Notes under the pieces: generated by a model | Told to the model about the DNA's origin: nothing | Databases searched by the model: none | What the model saw: only the letters and a program-made list of their open reading frames with translations | Translations under genes and position numbers: made by a program | Shown here: positions 14,987 to 29,298 of the stretch, piece after piece | Layout: each line of letters opens with the position of its first letter | How positions within the stretch are numbered: position 1 is the first letter of the stretch | Origin: Chrysomallon squamiferum | Lineage: Eukaryota; Animalia; Mollusca | DNA length: 64,000 bases | NCBI GenBank assembly: GCA_012295275.1 | Contig: CM022678.1 | Coordinates: forward strand, 12,276,001-12,340,000 | Direction: 5' to 3'

Positions 14987-15782
14987 TAGATGAAAATAAA
15001 TTATTATTATGTATAATTTTAACTTTATTACTGTTTTATAATAAAAATAAAATGTTATGATATATAATTTTGATTTAATGCTGTTTTGTAATAAAAATAC
15101 TTATGATGTATAATTTTAGTTTTAATATTATTTGCTAATAACAAAAATTGTTAAGTTGTATAATTTTAATTTTAATTTTGTTTTGTAATAAAAATAAATT
15201 GCTGAGATGTATAAATAGTTTTGAACTATGGATTTGAAATTACTGCGAAAATATAGTAAATATTTCTTTCGTTTTAAAAATTTTATGTATGTTTATTATC
15301 AATTCTTTCATAGCAAATTAGAAGTTTGTTTGAGTAGGAAATATCTGAATCAGATACATACATGTATATATAATTTTTTTTAAATTGTTTTTATCCTTCT
15401 ATATTAATATATTACTTAATATATTTTATTTATTTATTTATTTACTTATTTTATAATGTTTGTTTATTTTTCTATATATTAAAATATTATTTCAAAACAT
15501 TGACAAATTTTTTACTCCTAAATGCATTCTTTAATATATGGTTTTCAGGTAATATTCAGATTTTAGTACACTTTTCAACTTTTTTTCTTTTAAAATAACT
15601 ACAATTAATTATAATGTTTATAAATAACGTTTCAATGTATCAAAACTTATGTCAGTAATGTAATTAAACGTCGTCCCATTGCAAAATAATAGACAGTTCG
15701 GCGTTCAGGCGTTATTAATCCAGTATAAAGTTAACTTTAGATCCAGGCCACTAAAAAAACAGTTAACAGGCATTAATATATC

Positions 15783-15830
<48 letters not shown>

Positions 15831-17843
15831 GGTCGTACAGACTTATAATTTTTTTATTTTGTAAACTGAAAGTAAAAGTAAAATAGTCAAACCTCAGTTT
15901 GAAACTCAATTTGTTCAGGCCACTGAAAGAAATTCCAGGTTGGTTTGAAACCCAAATAGTTACACCTAATGCGATCTTAACTGTAAGTAAAATAAATATT
16001 TTAGGACTGTATGTTTTGTAGGCGGGGATGTTTTGGCTCTGGGGGATTTTTTGGACAAGGCAAATGTTTTGAATGTGCTACAGTCACATCAGACGAACCT
16101 CCCAAGTTAACAGCCAAGGTCTGGTTTAGTCAAATCAAGGCATATAACAGTTTGTACGTTTCGACTCTGTTGAAAGTCTGGAGTATTCTCTTTGTAAACG
16201 CTGGTCGTGTTGGCTTAAAATCAAGCGTGCGTCTGCGTGCTAATCACTGCCTTTACCGTAGTTAGGAATATTTATAGGAATTATACGCTTTGATCTTTTC
16301 TCAAGATAGATCTGAAATACACCTGTGGTTTGTATTTCTGTTTCCCGCCGATTTGTCTACGTCACAGGAAAGTAGTTCAATCCTTTTATCACACTGAAAT
16401 CAACGACTGTACAATGCTATCGAATGGTGAAACTGATAGCTTATTTTAAAAGGATTTATTTATTGAGTTTATCAAATATATTTTATTTGCAGTTTACTGC
16501 TAGCTTTTCTGGCGGAGGTTTTACGTGCTTTGCTGATATAAAACTGAAACCGAATAAACCAATATAACATTAATATAAGCACTCGAAATACGTCTAGCCA
16601 GTGCTCAGTACCTATTTATTTATTTTTTTTTTTACATTCCTGTTTGTTTTTATAAAACGAAATGCTAGTTTTATATAGTTTATCACAATAAAATGATTGT
16701 AACCTTGCATATTTAGTTTTTAAACTTGAAATACTTCCAAAAGTTGTTAAATAAATACTAATATTACTGACCTTCTGTCTGTGTTATATATATATTCAAA
16801 TTTAAAGCTACCGAATCAAAATGAAAGCAAAAACTGAGAGGATCACGCTGATGAAGGTGAGTAAAGAATAATATATATATATATATATATATATTTCATT
16901 TAAAATGTCTCACGTTTTGAAAGTTTAGCCTCTTCAATTAATATGTTTATTTACTATTTTTCTTACGTTTTTCCAACGTGTAACGTACGTGATTCACAGA
17001 CGTTAGCAGTTTAATTATTCCCTTCCTTTGTTAGCAGTTTCACTCAAAAATGTGCAGTGAGCAAGTCCAACTGACACCTCTCTGTATCAGAACAGCCTGT
17101 GAAAATAAAAACAATTAATCACTTATTCATTTAATATTAGTATTAATTCAGCAAAATCTTTATCTATTTATAATCAGAAATAAAATATTGTATTTTTCTG
17201 CTTCAGTAGGATTATAACTCTTTCTTTCAAATTAATGATATCCACTTTTTATTCCTTTTTCTTTTAGAAACAAACTGCAGTTGTTTAACATAATTCTAGC
17301 TACATAAACAGTTTCAATAAATAAAGCATTTAATGTGATAAGATATATTTAAGGGGGAAAAACATAAATAACATAACAGGTATAAAAAAAAACACACACA
17401 TACACTCGCACACACAAGCATGCAAGGTAATATTACAATGTAGGATATTGAACACGATGAGAGAATGAGAGATAGAAAAAGAATGAAACGAAAATGAAAA
17501 CGAAAATGTAAAAGAAAGAAAGAGATATGAGATATGAAATATGAGATATGAAGTTGACAGAATGAAAAAATGGGAGACAGAAGCGATAGAATGAAAGCAA
17601 AACAGATATAATTAGAAAGAAAAGAACGAAAGAATAAAAAAGCGAGAGAAAGAATTAATAATAAATATAATAAAATATATAACCGACGTCTTGGAAAATA
17701 AGATGAGATTTTTAAACGTCATGTGTATTCATTTGAAGGTCACTATAAGTTCAAGTTAACATCACAGTTATACAATACAGTGTAATAATGTCGCTAATTT
17801 ATTTATTCTGGTTCCAGTGATTTTATTTTGTTTTACTTTTTTT

Positions 17844-17846
<3 letters not shown>

Positions 17847-17929
<83 letters not shown>

Positions 17930-18004
17930 GTTATTATAAGATTAAGTGGCTTTGCTGCTATAGGGAAATATGTTCATGAATAAAGAGCTACCAAACACAC
18001 CCCC

Positions 18005-18088
<84 letters not shown>
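17847..18088. repeat. (CT)n, (CA)n and (GA)n microsatellites (another (CT)n at 18529-18598)
   Basis: Directly visible. Confidence 0.95.
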
Positions 18089-18092
<4 letters not shown>

Positions 18093-18526
18093 GGTTGGTT
18101 TTAAAAACCAATTATTGGTTCGAAACCAATTATTCACCTATCAGAAAAATAAAACTGCTATAAAATACCTTTAAAATTATACTAATACGTTTGTTAAATT
18201 GGGCATGAGTTCAGAATGTTCCAGTATTTGTAAAAAGTAAATTTCAAACTGTGTGCTAACTTAGTTTCACCTTAACTGTTTTAAAGTTGAAAGTCCAAAA
18301 ACATTTCTTTCTTTACACTGATAAATAAACAAGAGATCAGTTATTTATTTATTGTAAGGTAATTATTTTTAGTTAATTTGTTTACTTTCTTAATTTTTAG
18401 TTTTAAAGGTATTTATTTATTTATTATGAATTACTTACTCGTTTAACCTTGCTAAATTACAAAATAGGTTTCACTTTAAAACAAAATCTGATTTACTTTT
18501 GAAATTTTCACCCAGTTTTGTCATTT

Positions 18527-18601
<75 letters not shown>

Positions 18602-19403
18602 ATCTATTATTTTGTAAAGTAGTTTATTTCTAAGAATGTTGTGATATTTAAAATATATTTGTACATACTCCAGTGCAATCAAATAAAATCGCAATAAAAT
18701 ATTTATATGGTAATAAATAAAATTCTTCTGTTATTATTTTATTAAATTTTTAAAACTACTTTACATTGTTTCCTATATATATTCACTTAACTGTACGTAT
18801 GTCTGTATAATATAATTAATTTGTATAATATCAGTGTAGTACAAAGTAGTTCACTGTAGAGATTTATTATAAATTTATTATTAACAGCTAATACAGATTA
18901 TTGTTTTGGGGATCCCTAGCATTCTCAACTATCCTTCTCCTTTTTCTTTTAATTCTGCTTGACATATTTTATGAAATTTTCTCTTAGACATGAAGTTAAG
19001 TTTAATTTGTTATTTATTTATTTTATTTATTTATATTTTTAATCGAAACAAGGAAATAAACAAATAAACGGAAAAAAAGAAAAAAGAGAAACATAGACAC
19101 AAACACACAAAATAAAAATAAAATCAGAGAATCACCCGCACAAACGAAAATTGCACAGCCAAGAAAAACCTAAAAAACAAAACAAAACAAAACAACCCAC
19201 AATCGATGTTGTGAAAACGTGACTAAATGTGAAACACGTGTTTTAAATGCGGGTGTTAGCCCTTATTGAGAGTGCACGTTCAAGTTAGTTTGAGTAGGGA
19301 ACCAATTCACAATATTCACCTCGATCTGCGGAACTGCGATCTGAAGTGTTTTTTTAATTTATTTATTATTTTTTTAGTTTATTCTGATTCTGATTTAATA
19401 TTC

Positions 19404-19498
<95 letters not shown>

Positions 19499-19999
19499 GA
19501 TTGTTGTTGGTGTTGATGTTATTGTTGTTATTTTTGGATCACTTTATTTATTTTACAATAACAATAATAGCACAAATATGAACATTAACTGTAATAATTT
19601 TATCTACATACACAAACACATAAATACTGACATAGATACCCTCTCACAAACATACATACACATATGCATACACACAGATGTAATGCATACCACTGCATTC
19701 CGATTATTTTCATTCTGCAGTCTAAACGTAAGAAGACAGAAATATTGATTCCTGTATAAATACATATTCACAAATATATCTATAGCAACATTTACACACA
19801 AATATATTTATACACAGATGGAAGCGGGCGCGAACACACATAAACACACACAAACACACGCACAAACACACACACACACAGACACACATACACATACATA
19901 TATATTAAACTACTGTTTTAATGTTTTCTTTTCTTCTTCTTCTTTTTCGTCTTATTATTATTATCATCATCATCATCATCATTATCATCATCATCATCA

Positions 20000-20046
<47 letters not shown>

Positions 20047-20436
20047 GACATTGTTAATATGCACAGCAATAGAGATATCACATAGGAATGTTTTATTTCG
20101 TCATTATATAGATTTTATTTATTTATATTTTATTTTACTTATTTATTTATTTTTATTTACAGCTGGAAAAGGAAGTCATATTTCAATTCTAAGTTCCCAT
20201 TTCTGAAACTTTCAAAACACTTTAAAGAAAGGATGATGACATTATTGGGAAATGTCAACATCAACGTCGTGGACATTAGAGAAGACGTCAGAACGGTTGG
20301 TGACAAATTAATCAGAGAATTTACAGCCGTGATCCCCAAGTCTTATAAACGAAATAGAAAATTCTCAGAACTTTATAAATAGAGAAATAGACAAATTATT
20401 TATTCATCACAAACATTTGACTGATGAAAATGAGAA

Positions 20437-22520
20437 TGTCTGACTGCTATCTCTTCGTCTGTATGTTTCAGTGTGACTGTCTGACTGCTAGTTCTGCGTC
20501 TGAGTGTTTCAGTGTGTCTGTCTGACTGCTATCTCTGCGTCTGTGTGTTTCAGTGTGTCTGTCTGACTGCTAGCTCTACGTCTGTGTGTTTCAGTGTGTC
20601 TGTCTCACTGCTAGCTCTGCGTCTGTATGTTTCAGTGTGTCTGTCTGACTGCTATTTCTGTGTCTGTATGTTTCAGTGTGTCTGTCGGACTGCTAGTTAT
20701 CGTCTGTCTGTGTTTCAGTGTGTCCGTCTGACTGCTATCTCTACATCTGTGTTTTTCAGTGTGTCCGTCTGACTGCTATCTCTACATCTGTGTTTTTAGC
20801 GTGTCTGTCTGACTGCTATCTCTGTGTCTGTATGTTTCAGTGTGTCTGTCTGAATGCTATCTCTGTGTCTGTATGTTTCAGTGTGTCTGTCTGACTGCTA
20901 GCTCTACGTCTGTGTGTTTCAGTGTGTCCGTCTGACTGCTATCTCTACATCTGTGTTTTTCAGTGTGTCCGTCTGACTGCTATCTCTACATCTGTGTTTT
21001 TCAGTGTGTCTGTCTGACTGCTATCTCTGTGTCTGTATGTTTCAGTGTGTCTGTCTGACTGCTAGCTCTACATCCGTGTTTTTCAGTGTGTCCGTCTGAC
21101 TGCTATCTCTACATCTGTGTTTTTCAGTGTGTCTGTCTGACTGCTATCTCTGCGTCTGTATGTTTCAGTGTGTAAGTCGTACTGGTTATCTCTGTGTCTG
21201 TGTTTCAGTGTATCTGTCGGACTGGTTATCACAATGTGTTTCAGTGTGTCTGTCGGACTGGTTATCTCAGTGTCTGTGTTTCAGCGTATCTGTCGGACTG
21301 GTTATCTCAGTGTCTGTGTTTCAGCGTGTCTGTCGGACTGGTTATCTCAGTGTCTGCATCTTTCAGTATGTCTGTTGTACTGGTTATCTCTGTGTCTGTG
21401 TTTCAGTGTGTCTGTTGTACTGGTTATCTCTGTGTCTGCATGTTTCAGTGTGTCTGTTGTACTGGTTATCTCTGTGTTTGCGTTTCAGTGTGTCTGTTGT
21501 ACTGGTTATCTCTATGTCTGTGTTTCAGTGTGTCTATCATACAGGTTATCTCTGTGTCTGTATGTTTCAGTGTGTCTGTCATACTGGTTATCTCTGTGTC
21601 TGTGTTTCAGTGTGACTGTCATACTGGTTATCTCTGTGTCTGCATGTTTTAGTGTGTCTATAGTACTGGTTATCTCTGTATCTGTGTTTCAGTGTGTCTG
21701 TCGTACTGGCTATCTCAGTGTCTGCATGTTTCAGTGTGTCTGTTGTACTGGTTATCTCTGTGTCTCCATGTTTCAGTGTGTCTGTCGTACTGGTTATCTC
21801 AATGTCTGCATGTTTCAGTGTGTCTGTCGGACTGGTTATTTCAGTGTCTGTGTTTCAGTGTGTCTGTCGGACTGGTTATCTCTGCGTCTGTATATTTCAG
21901 TGTGTCTGTCATACTGGTTATCTCTGTGTCTGCGTGTTTCAGTGTGGCTGTTGCACTGGTTATCTCTGTGTCTGCGTGTTTCAGTGTGGCTGTTGTACTG
22001 GTTATCTCTGTGTCTATGTTTCAGTGTGTGTCGGACTGGTTATCTCAGTGTCTCTGTGTTTCGGTGTGACTGTAGGACTGGCTGTCTCTGTGTCTGTATG
22101 TTTCAGTGTGTCTGTCGTACTGGTTATCTCAATGTCTGCATGTTTCAGTGTGTCTGTCGGACTGGTTATTTCAGTGTCTGTGTTTCAGTGTGTCTGTCGT
22201 ACTGGTTATCTCAGTGTCTGCATGTTTCAGTGTGTCTGTTGTACTGGTTATCTCAGTGTCTGCATGTTTCAGTGTGTCTGTTGTACTGGTTATCTCTGTG
22301 TCTATGTTTCAGTGTGTGTCGGACTGGTTATCTCTATGTATGTGTGTTGCAGTGTGTCTGTCGGACTGGTTATCTCTATGTCTGTGTGTTGTAGTGTGTC
22401 TGTCGGACTGGTTATCTCAGTGTCTGTATGTTTCAGTGTGTCTGTCGGACTGGTTATCTCTGTGTCTGTGTGTTGCAGTGTGTCTGTCGGACTGGTTATC
22501 TCTATGACTGTGTCTCTAAA
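20437..22520 (+). repeat. Minisatellite array of ~36-40-bp units: subtype A (TTTCAGTGTGTCTGTCTGACTGCTATCTCTG...) to ~21170, then subtype B (...GTACTGGTTATCTC...)
   Basis: Visible tandem units with a sharp switch in the core motif from GACTGCTA to ACTGGTTA near 21180. Confidence 0.95.
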
Positions 22521-22730
22521 TGTTTCTATCAGTCTGACTATCTGTATGTCTATCTGTTATTGGATATTTGTTCAAATTTGTCTTTTGTAGACAGACATTC
22601 TTTCTTTATCTTTTTATCAGATTTTGTCAGACTTATTTTAAAACGTGTTTTATCATCCTTTTTTATTATTTAATTTTTTTTTTTTTTTAAATTTGTGAAA
22701 GACAGTTTCATCAATCAAATGTTTGTGATT

Positions 22731-24218
22731 CACTGAAACACACAGACGCAGAGCTAGCAGTCAGACAGATACACTGAAACATTGAGATAACCAGTACGAA
22801 AGACTCACTGAAAAATACACACAGAGCTAGCAGTCCGATACACACTGAAACATAAGGATAGAGTCAGACAGACACATGAAAAACGGAGACGCACAGCTAG
22901 CAGTCAGACAGACACACTGAAGCACACAGACGCAGAGATAGCAGTCAGACAGTCACACTGAAACATACAGACACACACACAGACGCAGAGCTAGCACAGA
23001 CACACTGAAAATACGGAGACGCAGAGCTAGCAGTCAGACAGACACACTGAAGCACACAGACGCAGAGATAGCAGTCAGACAGTCACACTGAAACATACAG
23101 ACGCATTGCTAGCAGTCAGACAGACACAGAGCTAGCAGTCAGACAGACACACTGAAACATACAGACACAGAGACAGCAGTCAGTCAGACACACTGAAACA
23201 TGCAGACGCAGAGATAGCAGTCAGACAGTCACACTGAAACATACAGATGCAGAGATAGCAGTCAGACAGACACACTGAAACATATAGACGCAGAGATAGC
23301 AGTCAGACAGTCACACTGAAACATACAGACGCAGAGATAGCAGTCAGACAGACACACTGAAACACACAGACGCAGAGCTAGCAGTCAGACAGACACACTG
23401 AAACATACAGACACAGAGATAGCAGTCAGACAGTCACACTGAAACATACAGACGCAGAGATAGCAGTCAGACGGACACACTGAAAAACACAGATGTAGAG
23501 ATAGCAGTCAGACGGACACACTGAAACACACAGACGTAGAGCTAGCAGTCAGACAGACACACTGAAACATACAGACACAGAGATAGCAGTCAGACAGACA
23601 CACTGAAAAACACAGATGTAGAGATAGCAGTCAGACGGACACACTGAAACACACAGACGTAGAGCTAGCAGTCAGACAGACACACTGAAACATACAGACA
23701 CAGAGATAGCAGTGAGACAGACACACTGAAACACACAGACGTAGAGCTAGCAGTCAGACAGACACACTGAAACATACAGACACAGAGATAGCAGTCAGAC
23801 AGACACACTGAAACATACAGACACAGAGATAGCAGTCAGACAGTCACACTGAAACATACAGACGCAGAGATAGCAGTCAGACGGACACACTGAAAAACAC
23901 AGATGTAGAGATAGCAGTCAGACGGACACACTGAAACACACAGACGTAGAGCTAGCAGTCAGACAGACACACTGAAACATACACAGAGATAGCAGTCAGA
24001 CAGACACACTGAAACACACAGACGCAGAGCTAGCAGTGAGACAGACACACTGAAACACGTAGACGCAGAGATAGCAGTCAGACAGACTCATTGAAACACA
24101 CAGACGCATAGCTAGCAGTCAGACAGACACACTGAAACATACAGACGCAGAAATAACCAGTACGACAGACGCACTGAAACACGAAGAGATAGCAGTCAGA
24201 CAGACTCATTGAAACACA
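22731..24218 (-). repeat. Inverted copy of the subtype-A minisatellite array
   Basis: The units CAGAGATAGCAGTCAGACAGACACACTGAAACA are the reverse complement of those at 20437-21170. Confidence 0.95.
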
Positions 24219-24477
24219 TTATCATTATCAAGAAAACACAAGAAGATAAACAAATGCTTGTATGCGTTCCATCCTCTGTTAGGTGAGGACAACAGTAAAA
24301 TTGTTTTTAGTGATTCTAACAATGTGTTACGATTGCTACTGATGCTGCTGTACTACAATTATTACTTCTACCATTACTCTTGCTATTACCATTCCGACGA
24401 AGGCTGGATTTTATTAATCATATTTCATCAGCTTTCATTATTTATTTATTTACTTATTATTATTGTTGATGTTACTG

Positions 24478-24552
<75 letters not shown>

Positions 24553-24618
24553 ATTATTATTATTATTATTATCAGTTTCAGAATTCATTCTTTATTTCTG
24601 TCACCTGGTAACGTCCAG

Positions 24619-25743
24619 TGAGGTATTGTGGGATAGAACTGGAACGGGATTGGGTATGTTCTGTATGCCAGTGGTGAACCATTTTCTACTGGAGGAGTAC
24701 GGGTGGAGGGGGACGTTTCTCTTCCTCAGTGGTTTTCTCTACAACATCTGTATGCTTGGAATGGTCACGCACACTTTTAAACACAAGTGTTTCCGTGTCG
24801 AACGCAAAGAAAAAATTACAGACTGTCGAAAAGCACAAGACGCGAAACAGTCTAGTGGAATTGAGGCGGAAGTAAGTTGTCATAGAGATCAGCAGAAGGA
24901 AAACGAGAATAATTTGACAGATTCTCGATTTGTTCAAACAAAAAATATGGCGTTAAAGAGTCTAGTGAAATTCAAGCGGAAAAGAGTTGCATTGCAGAGC
25001 TGCAGGAGCATAGCGAGAAAAGAGTTAGTTAATTTGAAGCATATTGCAACATATTCTCAATAACATAATAACGCGAAAGATGACGTAAGACAGTCTGCAA
25101 GGGTTCAAAGATGTTGCCATGGAGACGAGACCAAATGTTGTGACGTTCAGCAAGATCAACCTGATAAAGACAAGAAAGTAGATTACAAACTTTTGAAAAC
25201 TGACAATAACAAAGATGTTTTGAGAAGATGACGTAAGACAGTCTGCAAGGGTTCAAAGATGTTGTCATGGAGACGAGACCAAATGTTGTGACGTTCAGCA
25301 AGATCAACCTGATAAAGACAAGAAAGTAGATTACAAACTTTTGAAAACTGACAATAACAAAGATGTTTTGAAAAGAGAACTTGATGCTGATTACGATGGT
25401 AAGAACAGAATTAATATTCAGACACTCTGTGTAAGTTACAGCAGTACAAGTGTGTCTCTGGGTGAAGTGATGAAACGAGAAGAAGATGAACCTGACACGA
25501 ATAAACAAGACAAGAAAGAAAATAATTTTGACATCGAATAATCTCCATCATCAGCATTACACCAAACAGAGTAAAAAACTTTCTGACGGAACAAACAGAG
25601 GAGAAACACGAAGATACAATTTGCACGAAAGTCTGCTTTGAAGAGTCAAACAGGACGAGGACTGTGTATAGATATTTGGGCTTGAAGGTTTTCAAAAACA
25701 TAAGATTTACCGTCTTTGTTTCACGGAAGTACCACGAACATGA
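24619..25743 (+). pseudogene. SLC16/monocarboxylate-transporter-like pseudogene fragment, copy 1
   Basis: GLGMFCMPVVNHFLLEEYGWRGTFLFLSGFLYNICMLG contains the YGWRG motif of the MCT TM5-6 region. It is followed by a hydrophilic loop with stops, frameshifts and an internal 148-bp duplication. Confidence 0.8.
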
Positions 25744-27271
25744 CAGGCTTCGACAGTAAGGCATGTCCGAACGACATTGTCTAGTAAACAGCTAGTCCGG
25801 TCTAGACATAACTGTTTCTGACTAGCCCGACTGGTCGTGTTAATAATGTATGAACGGTGAATTAATTTGCTATCCAGTGATCCTACAAATATTAATATAT
25901 TCCATTTTCATTCATCAGAGGATTGACGAATTATTGAACTATCGACGCGGAAATCCCAGGTTCTATAATTAGATGTGACGTGACGTACAGTGGGCAGTGA
26001 ATAACTAAACAATCCTGACTGTGCTAACCGCTGACGGATATGGACATTTTTGTAGAGGCTGCATTCGTTACAACTCGGTAGATTTCGTACCTTTCGATGA
26101 AATAAAACCGTAGCGGAATGTGACGAGGTGTTCCGACTGACCGGAATCGACCGAGATTTGCTGAATATAGAGTGTGCGTATGCTAAATTTATTACGCATA
26201 AATCGTTGTCGTCAATACTATCTTTTTTCTTCTTCTTCATTTTGGTCCAATAAATCGAATAAGGCAATACAATACAAAACATACAATTGTGTACGTTCTT
26301 TGAATAAATATTTTCCAAGTTTTTCAAAAATACGACAATCGATTCCATTTTCGGGTTGTTTACATCCGGTTACGGTCGTAATCGAGCAGACAACGTAGAC
26401 CTGTGTAAATACAGGTTTTCACCAGACAAAGACCTGTCAGAAATTGATTTGTCCAAGAAAAGAAAGGGTAAGGCAGAATCTAAAGACAAATATGAAAAAG
26501 AAAAGTGAAAACGACAGTTCTGCCAGAAATGGAAAGATGAGTTCTCGTGGCTTGACTACGATGAAGATATATGTTCTGCATCCCATGTAGAAAATGTGAA
26601 ACTGTAGGGAGATTTGTCGAGAGTACAAATAATCTTACATTTGATGCTATAAAAATCCACTCTGAATCCACATCACATACACAAAATAAACCAAATTTTG
26701 ACATCAAACGTGGCAAGTCGTCAGGCACAGTTTTCATAACGCACAATTCAATTGTTTCAGATTACAATGCATTGGAACTATGGTGGCATGGTGGGCGTGA
26801 TCCCATGTAATTGATGTAGATAAAAATATCCAGTCTGTGTACAAAAGTGACTATTCAAACTCAAACTGAAACAGTCATCACAAACCATCAACTGCCATAG
26901 AGACAGTTTAGCTTATTCCAGGGTAATAACACTACGAGCATTAACTTTTAATGTTAAAATATTGTTCTGTCATGAGTAAAATATACAACAATTGTTTTAC
27001 AATACGATGTTTTTTAACAATGTTCTATTCAAATATATTCTATTCATTGCTTAATTATTATATATACTATTCAAATATATTCTATTCATTGCTTAATTAT
27101 TATATATACTATTCAAATAATATGCAATATGAAGCGAAGTTTAACAATATTAGCCCTGCTTAAGGTATATTTTGTCATTGAGCAGTTTGGTCTAGTTGAT
27201 ATTAGTTCAGGTCTAGTAACTTCTAAGACATACTAGTCCAATGGTTTAAAAAAAATTAACGTCGAATCCTG
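25744..27271 (+). mobile_element. Non-autonomous hAT-like element carrying a decayed ZNF862/TTF-type zinc-finger fragment
   Basis: Termini CAGGCTTCGAC / GTCGAATCCTG are a 10/11 inverted match, with CTAG-containing subterminal motifs at both ends. Positions 26490-26680 read KRQFCQKWKDEFSWLDYD-/MFCIPCRK...FVESTNNLTFDAIKIHSESTSH. Confidence 0.72.
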
Positions 27272-28408
27272 CATGACAACAACAACAAAAACAACAATAA
27301 TAATAACAGCAATAACAAGAACACTAATAACAGTAACAACAGCATTAACAATAATAATAATTATTATAATGTTGATGTGCTTATTCTTTTTTCTTCTTTC
27401 ACTTGCGACTTCTTCTTGTTTGTTTGTTTGTTTATTTATTTATTTATTATTTATTTATTAGTTGTTGCTTTTTTTAATCTAACAAACTTAAGAAACGATA
27501 CAGATGTTTTCACATTATCTGTTTACACACAGATAACACATGTGATAATCATAATGTGATATATGTTTTATTATCTCAGATTTACACTATATCAGAACCA
27601 TGTTATAAATTCTCTTTACATTCTCCAAATCGATTACCAGAAAACTTACTATAATGTGGAGAGCATTCTTACTGTATTACAACTGTTATATTCTGTGAAT
27701 TGTAGACTGGTGTGATAGTTATAATATCTGTTTTGTTACTATTAATAATAACATTGTCATGATGGTAGTAAAAGTAGTTTATATAACACAGTAGTATTCG
27801 TTGTGGTAGTAGTTGTAATATTAAAAGCAGTAGTAGTCGTAATTGTAGTTTGCAATAAGAAAAATAGTTTAATTATTAATATGATCTATGTTAATAATTA
27901 CTGTAGTTGTTGTACGTGTACTTAGTACTAATAATAGGAGTAGCTGTATTGATATGTGTAGCATTAAGAATAGCAGCAGCAACAATAGTAGTAACTATAG
28001 TGGTAGTTGTAGTAGTAGTCATGGTGGTATTAGTACCTGCATTGGGAATAGCTTCAGTAGAAGAAATGTTGTACTCATTTGGGGGGGCCAGCGGACAACG
28101 TCGGAGATTCAGTAGCAGCAGCAGCAGCTGCACTTGAAATAATGTTAATAGTAGCAATAGCAGTAGAATAATAGAAGTAATAGTAGTAGTATTAATAGAA
28201 GTATTTGTAGTAATAGATCTAATAGGAATAACAGTATTAATAGAAGTAATTATAGTAATAAATGTAGTGGTAGTAGTAATAATAACAGTAGTAGTGATGA
28301 CAGTATATGTAGCTGCAATAGAAGTAATGTAATAGTATTAACAGAAGTAATTGTAGTAATAGATGTAATAGTAGTACTCATAATAATTATAGTGATGTAC
28401 TAGTAGTG

Positions 28409-28705
28409 GTAGTAGTAGGCCTTATCGCCATGTTTTTTGGCATCTCTTGCCGCTCTAAAGTTTGAGTCTTATCACGGTAATCATGTGGCCCTTCAGCGTG
28501 GTCTTCACTTGGGGGGTCAGCGGACAACGTCGGAGGTACAGTGACAGTCAGTGGACATGACCACGTCACTGCCAAAGTAAAACGTCCGGCCATTACTGCG
28601 CATGTTCCGTTCATTATGCAAACTATATCTAGCGAAGGACACATTTGCTACTCCATGACGTTTTGTTTGGTGATGTTTGGCTTTGTTCTGGCCAAAGTAA
28701 TATAC
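28409..28705 (+). pseudogene. Sialate O-acetylesterase (SIAE)-like pseudogene fragment, copy 1
   Basis: Reads LKFESYHGNHVALQRG../GSADNVGGTVTVS.../DVLFGDVWLCSGQSN with frameshifts and deletions. DVLFGDVWLCSGQSN is the SIAE catalytic-Ser motif. Confidence 0.78.
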
Positions 28706-29298
28706 TGCTGAATATAGATTATTCAAATGTTTATTAAGTTGACTGAAATAATTTTATTATTTAGATATATAAATTAGTATTATTATTTTTATTTATATTA
28801 GTTTTCATTACAACAACAACAACAACAACAATAATAATAATAATAATGAAATAACAATAACAATAACAATAACAATAACAATAATAAATGTTAAGCAAAT
28901 AAACGTTCGACAATAGGATCTACATTACTCCTTGCTCACGATATCGCGGTTTCAACGGTAACGCGGCATTTACATGTTTGCGGTTTAGCACGCGCAGCAA
29001 CCGCTCGTGGCACGTTTATTAATAGAAATGTGATGACAGACAACACGTTGTTTTGCCGGTGAATGACTTTGAAGGAATGTCAAAAGTTTGGGTTAGTATT
29101 CATAGCTTTACTGTTTGGTTATAAAATATCAGAGATCATGATTTCACTGACGCCCCAGTGCTTATAAATAACCTTAGTACTTACTCATAACTTTGGTTTC
29201 ATTCGATATATAATGATTATATATCTCTCGAATCTGACTAATATGATGAACAATTAAAAAATGAAACTAGAAGTTTGACAAGGCTTGGTAGACAAAAC

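Noticed and set aside
19266-20048. Poly-I/V/H/Y ORFs (similar ones at 15679, 24258, 27888, 51595, 62670)
   Set aside because: Microsatellite translations.
16000-20340. Exon-like segments (~16965-17096 and ~20161-20340 on minus, a donor at ~16857 on plus)
   Set aside because: No recognisable protein. They may be non-coding exons but cannot be supported without transcripts.
21127-22673. Long Cys/Val/Ser-rich ORFs (up to 408 aa) resembling keratin-associated or metallothionein proteins
   Set aside because: They are open in all three frames because the TG-rich minisatellite lacks stops; unit lengths vary and are not frame-preserving.
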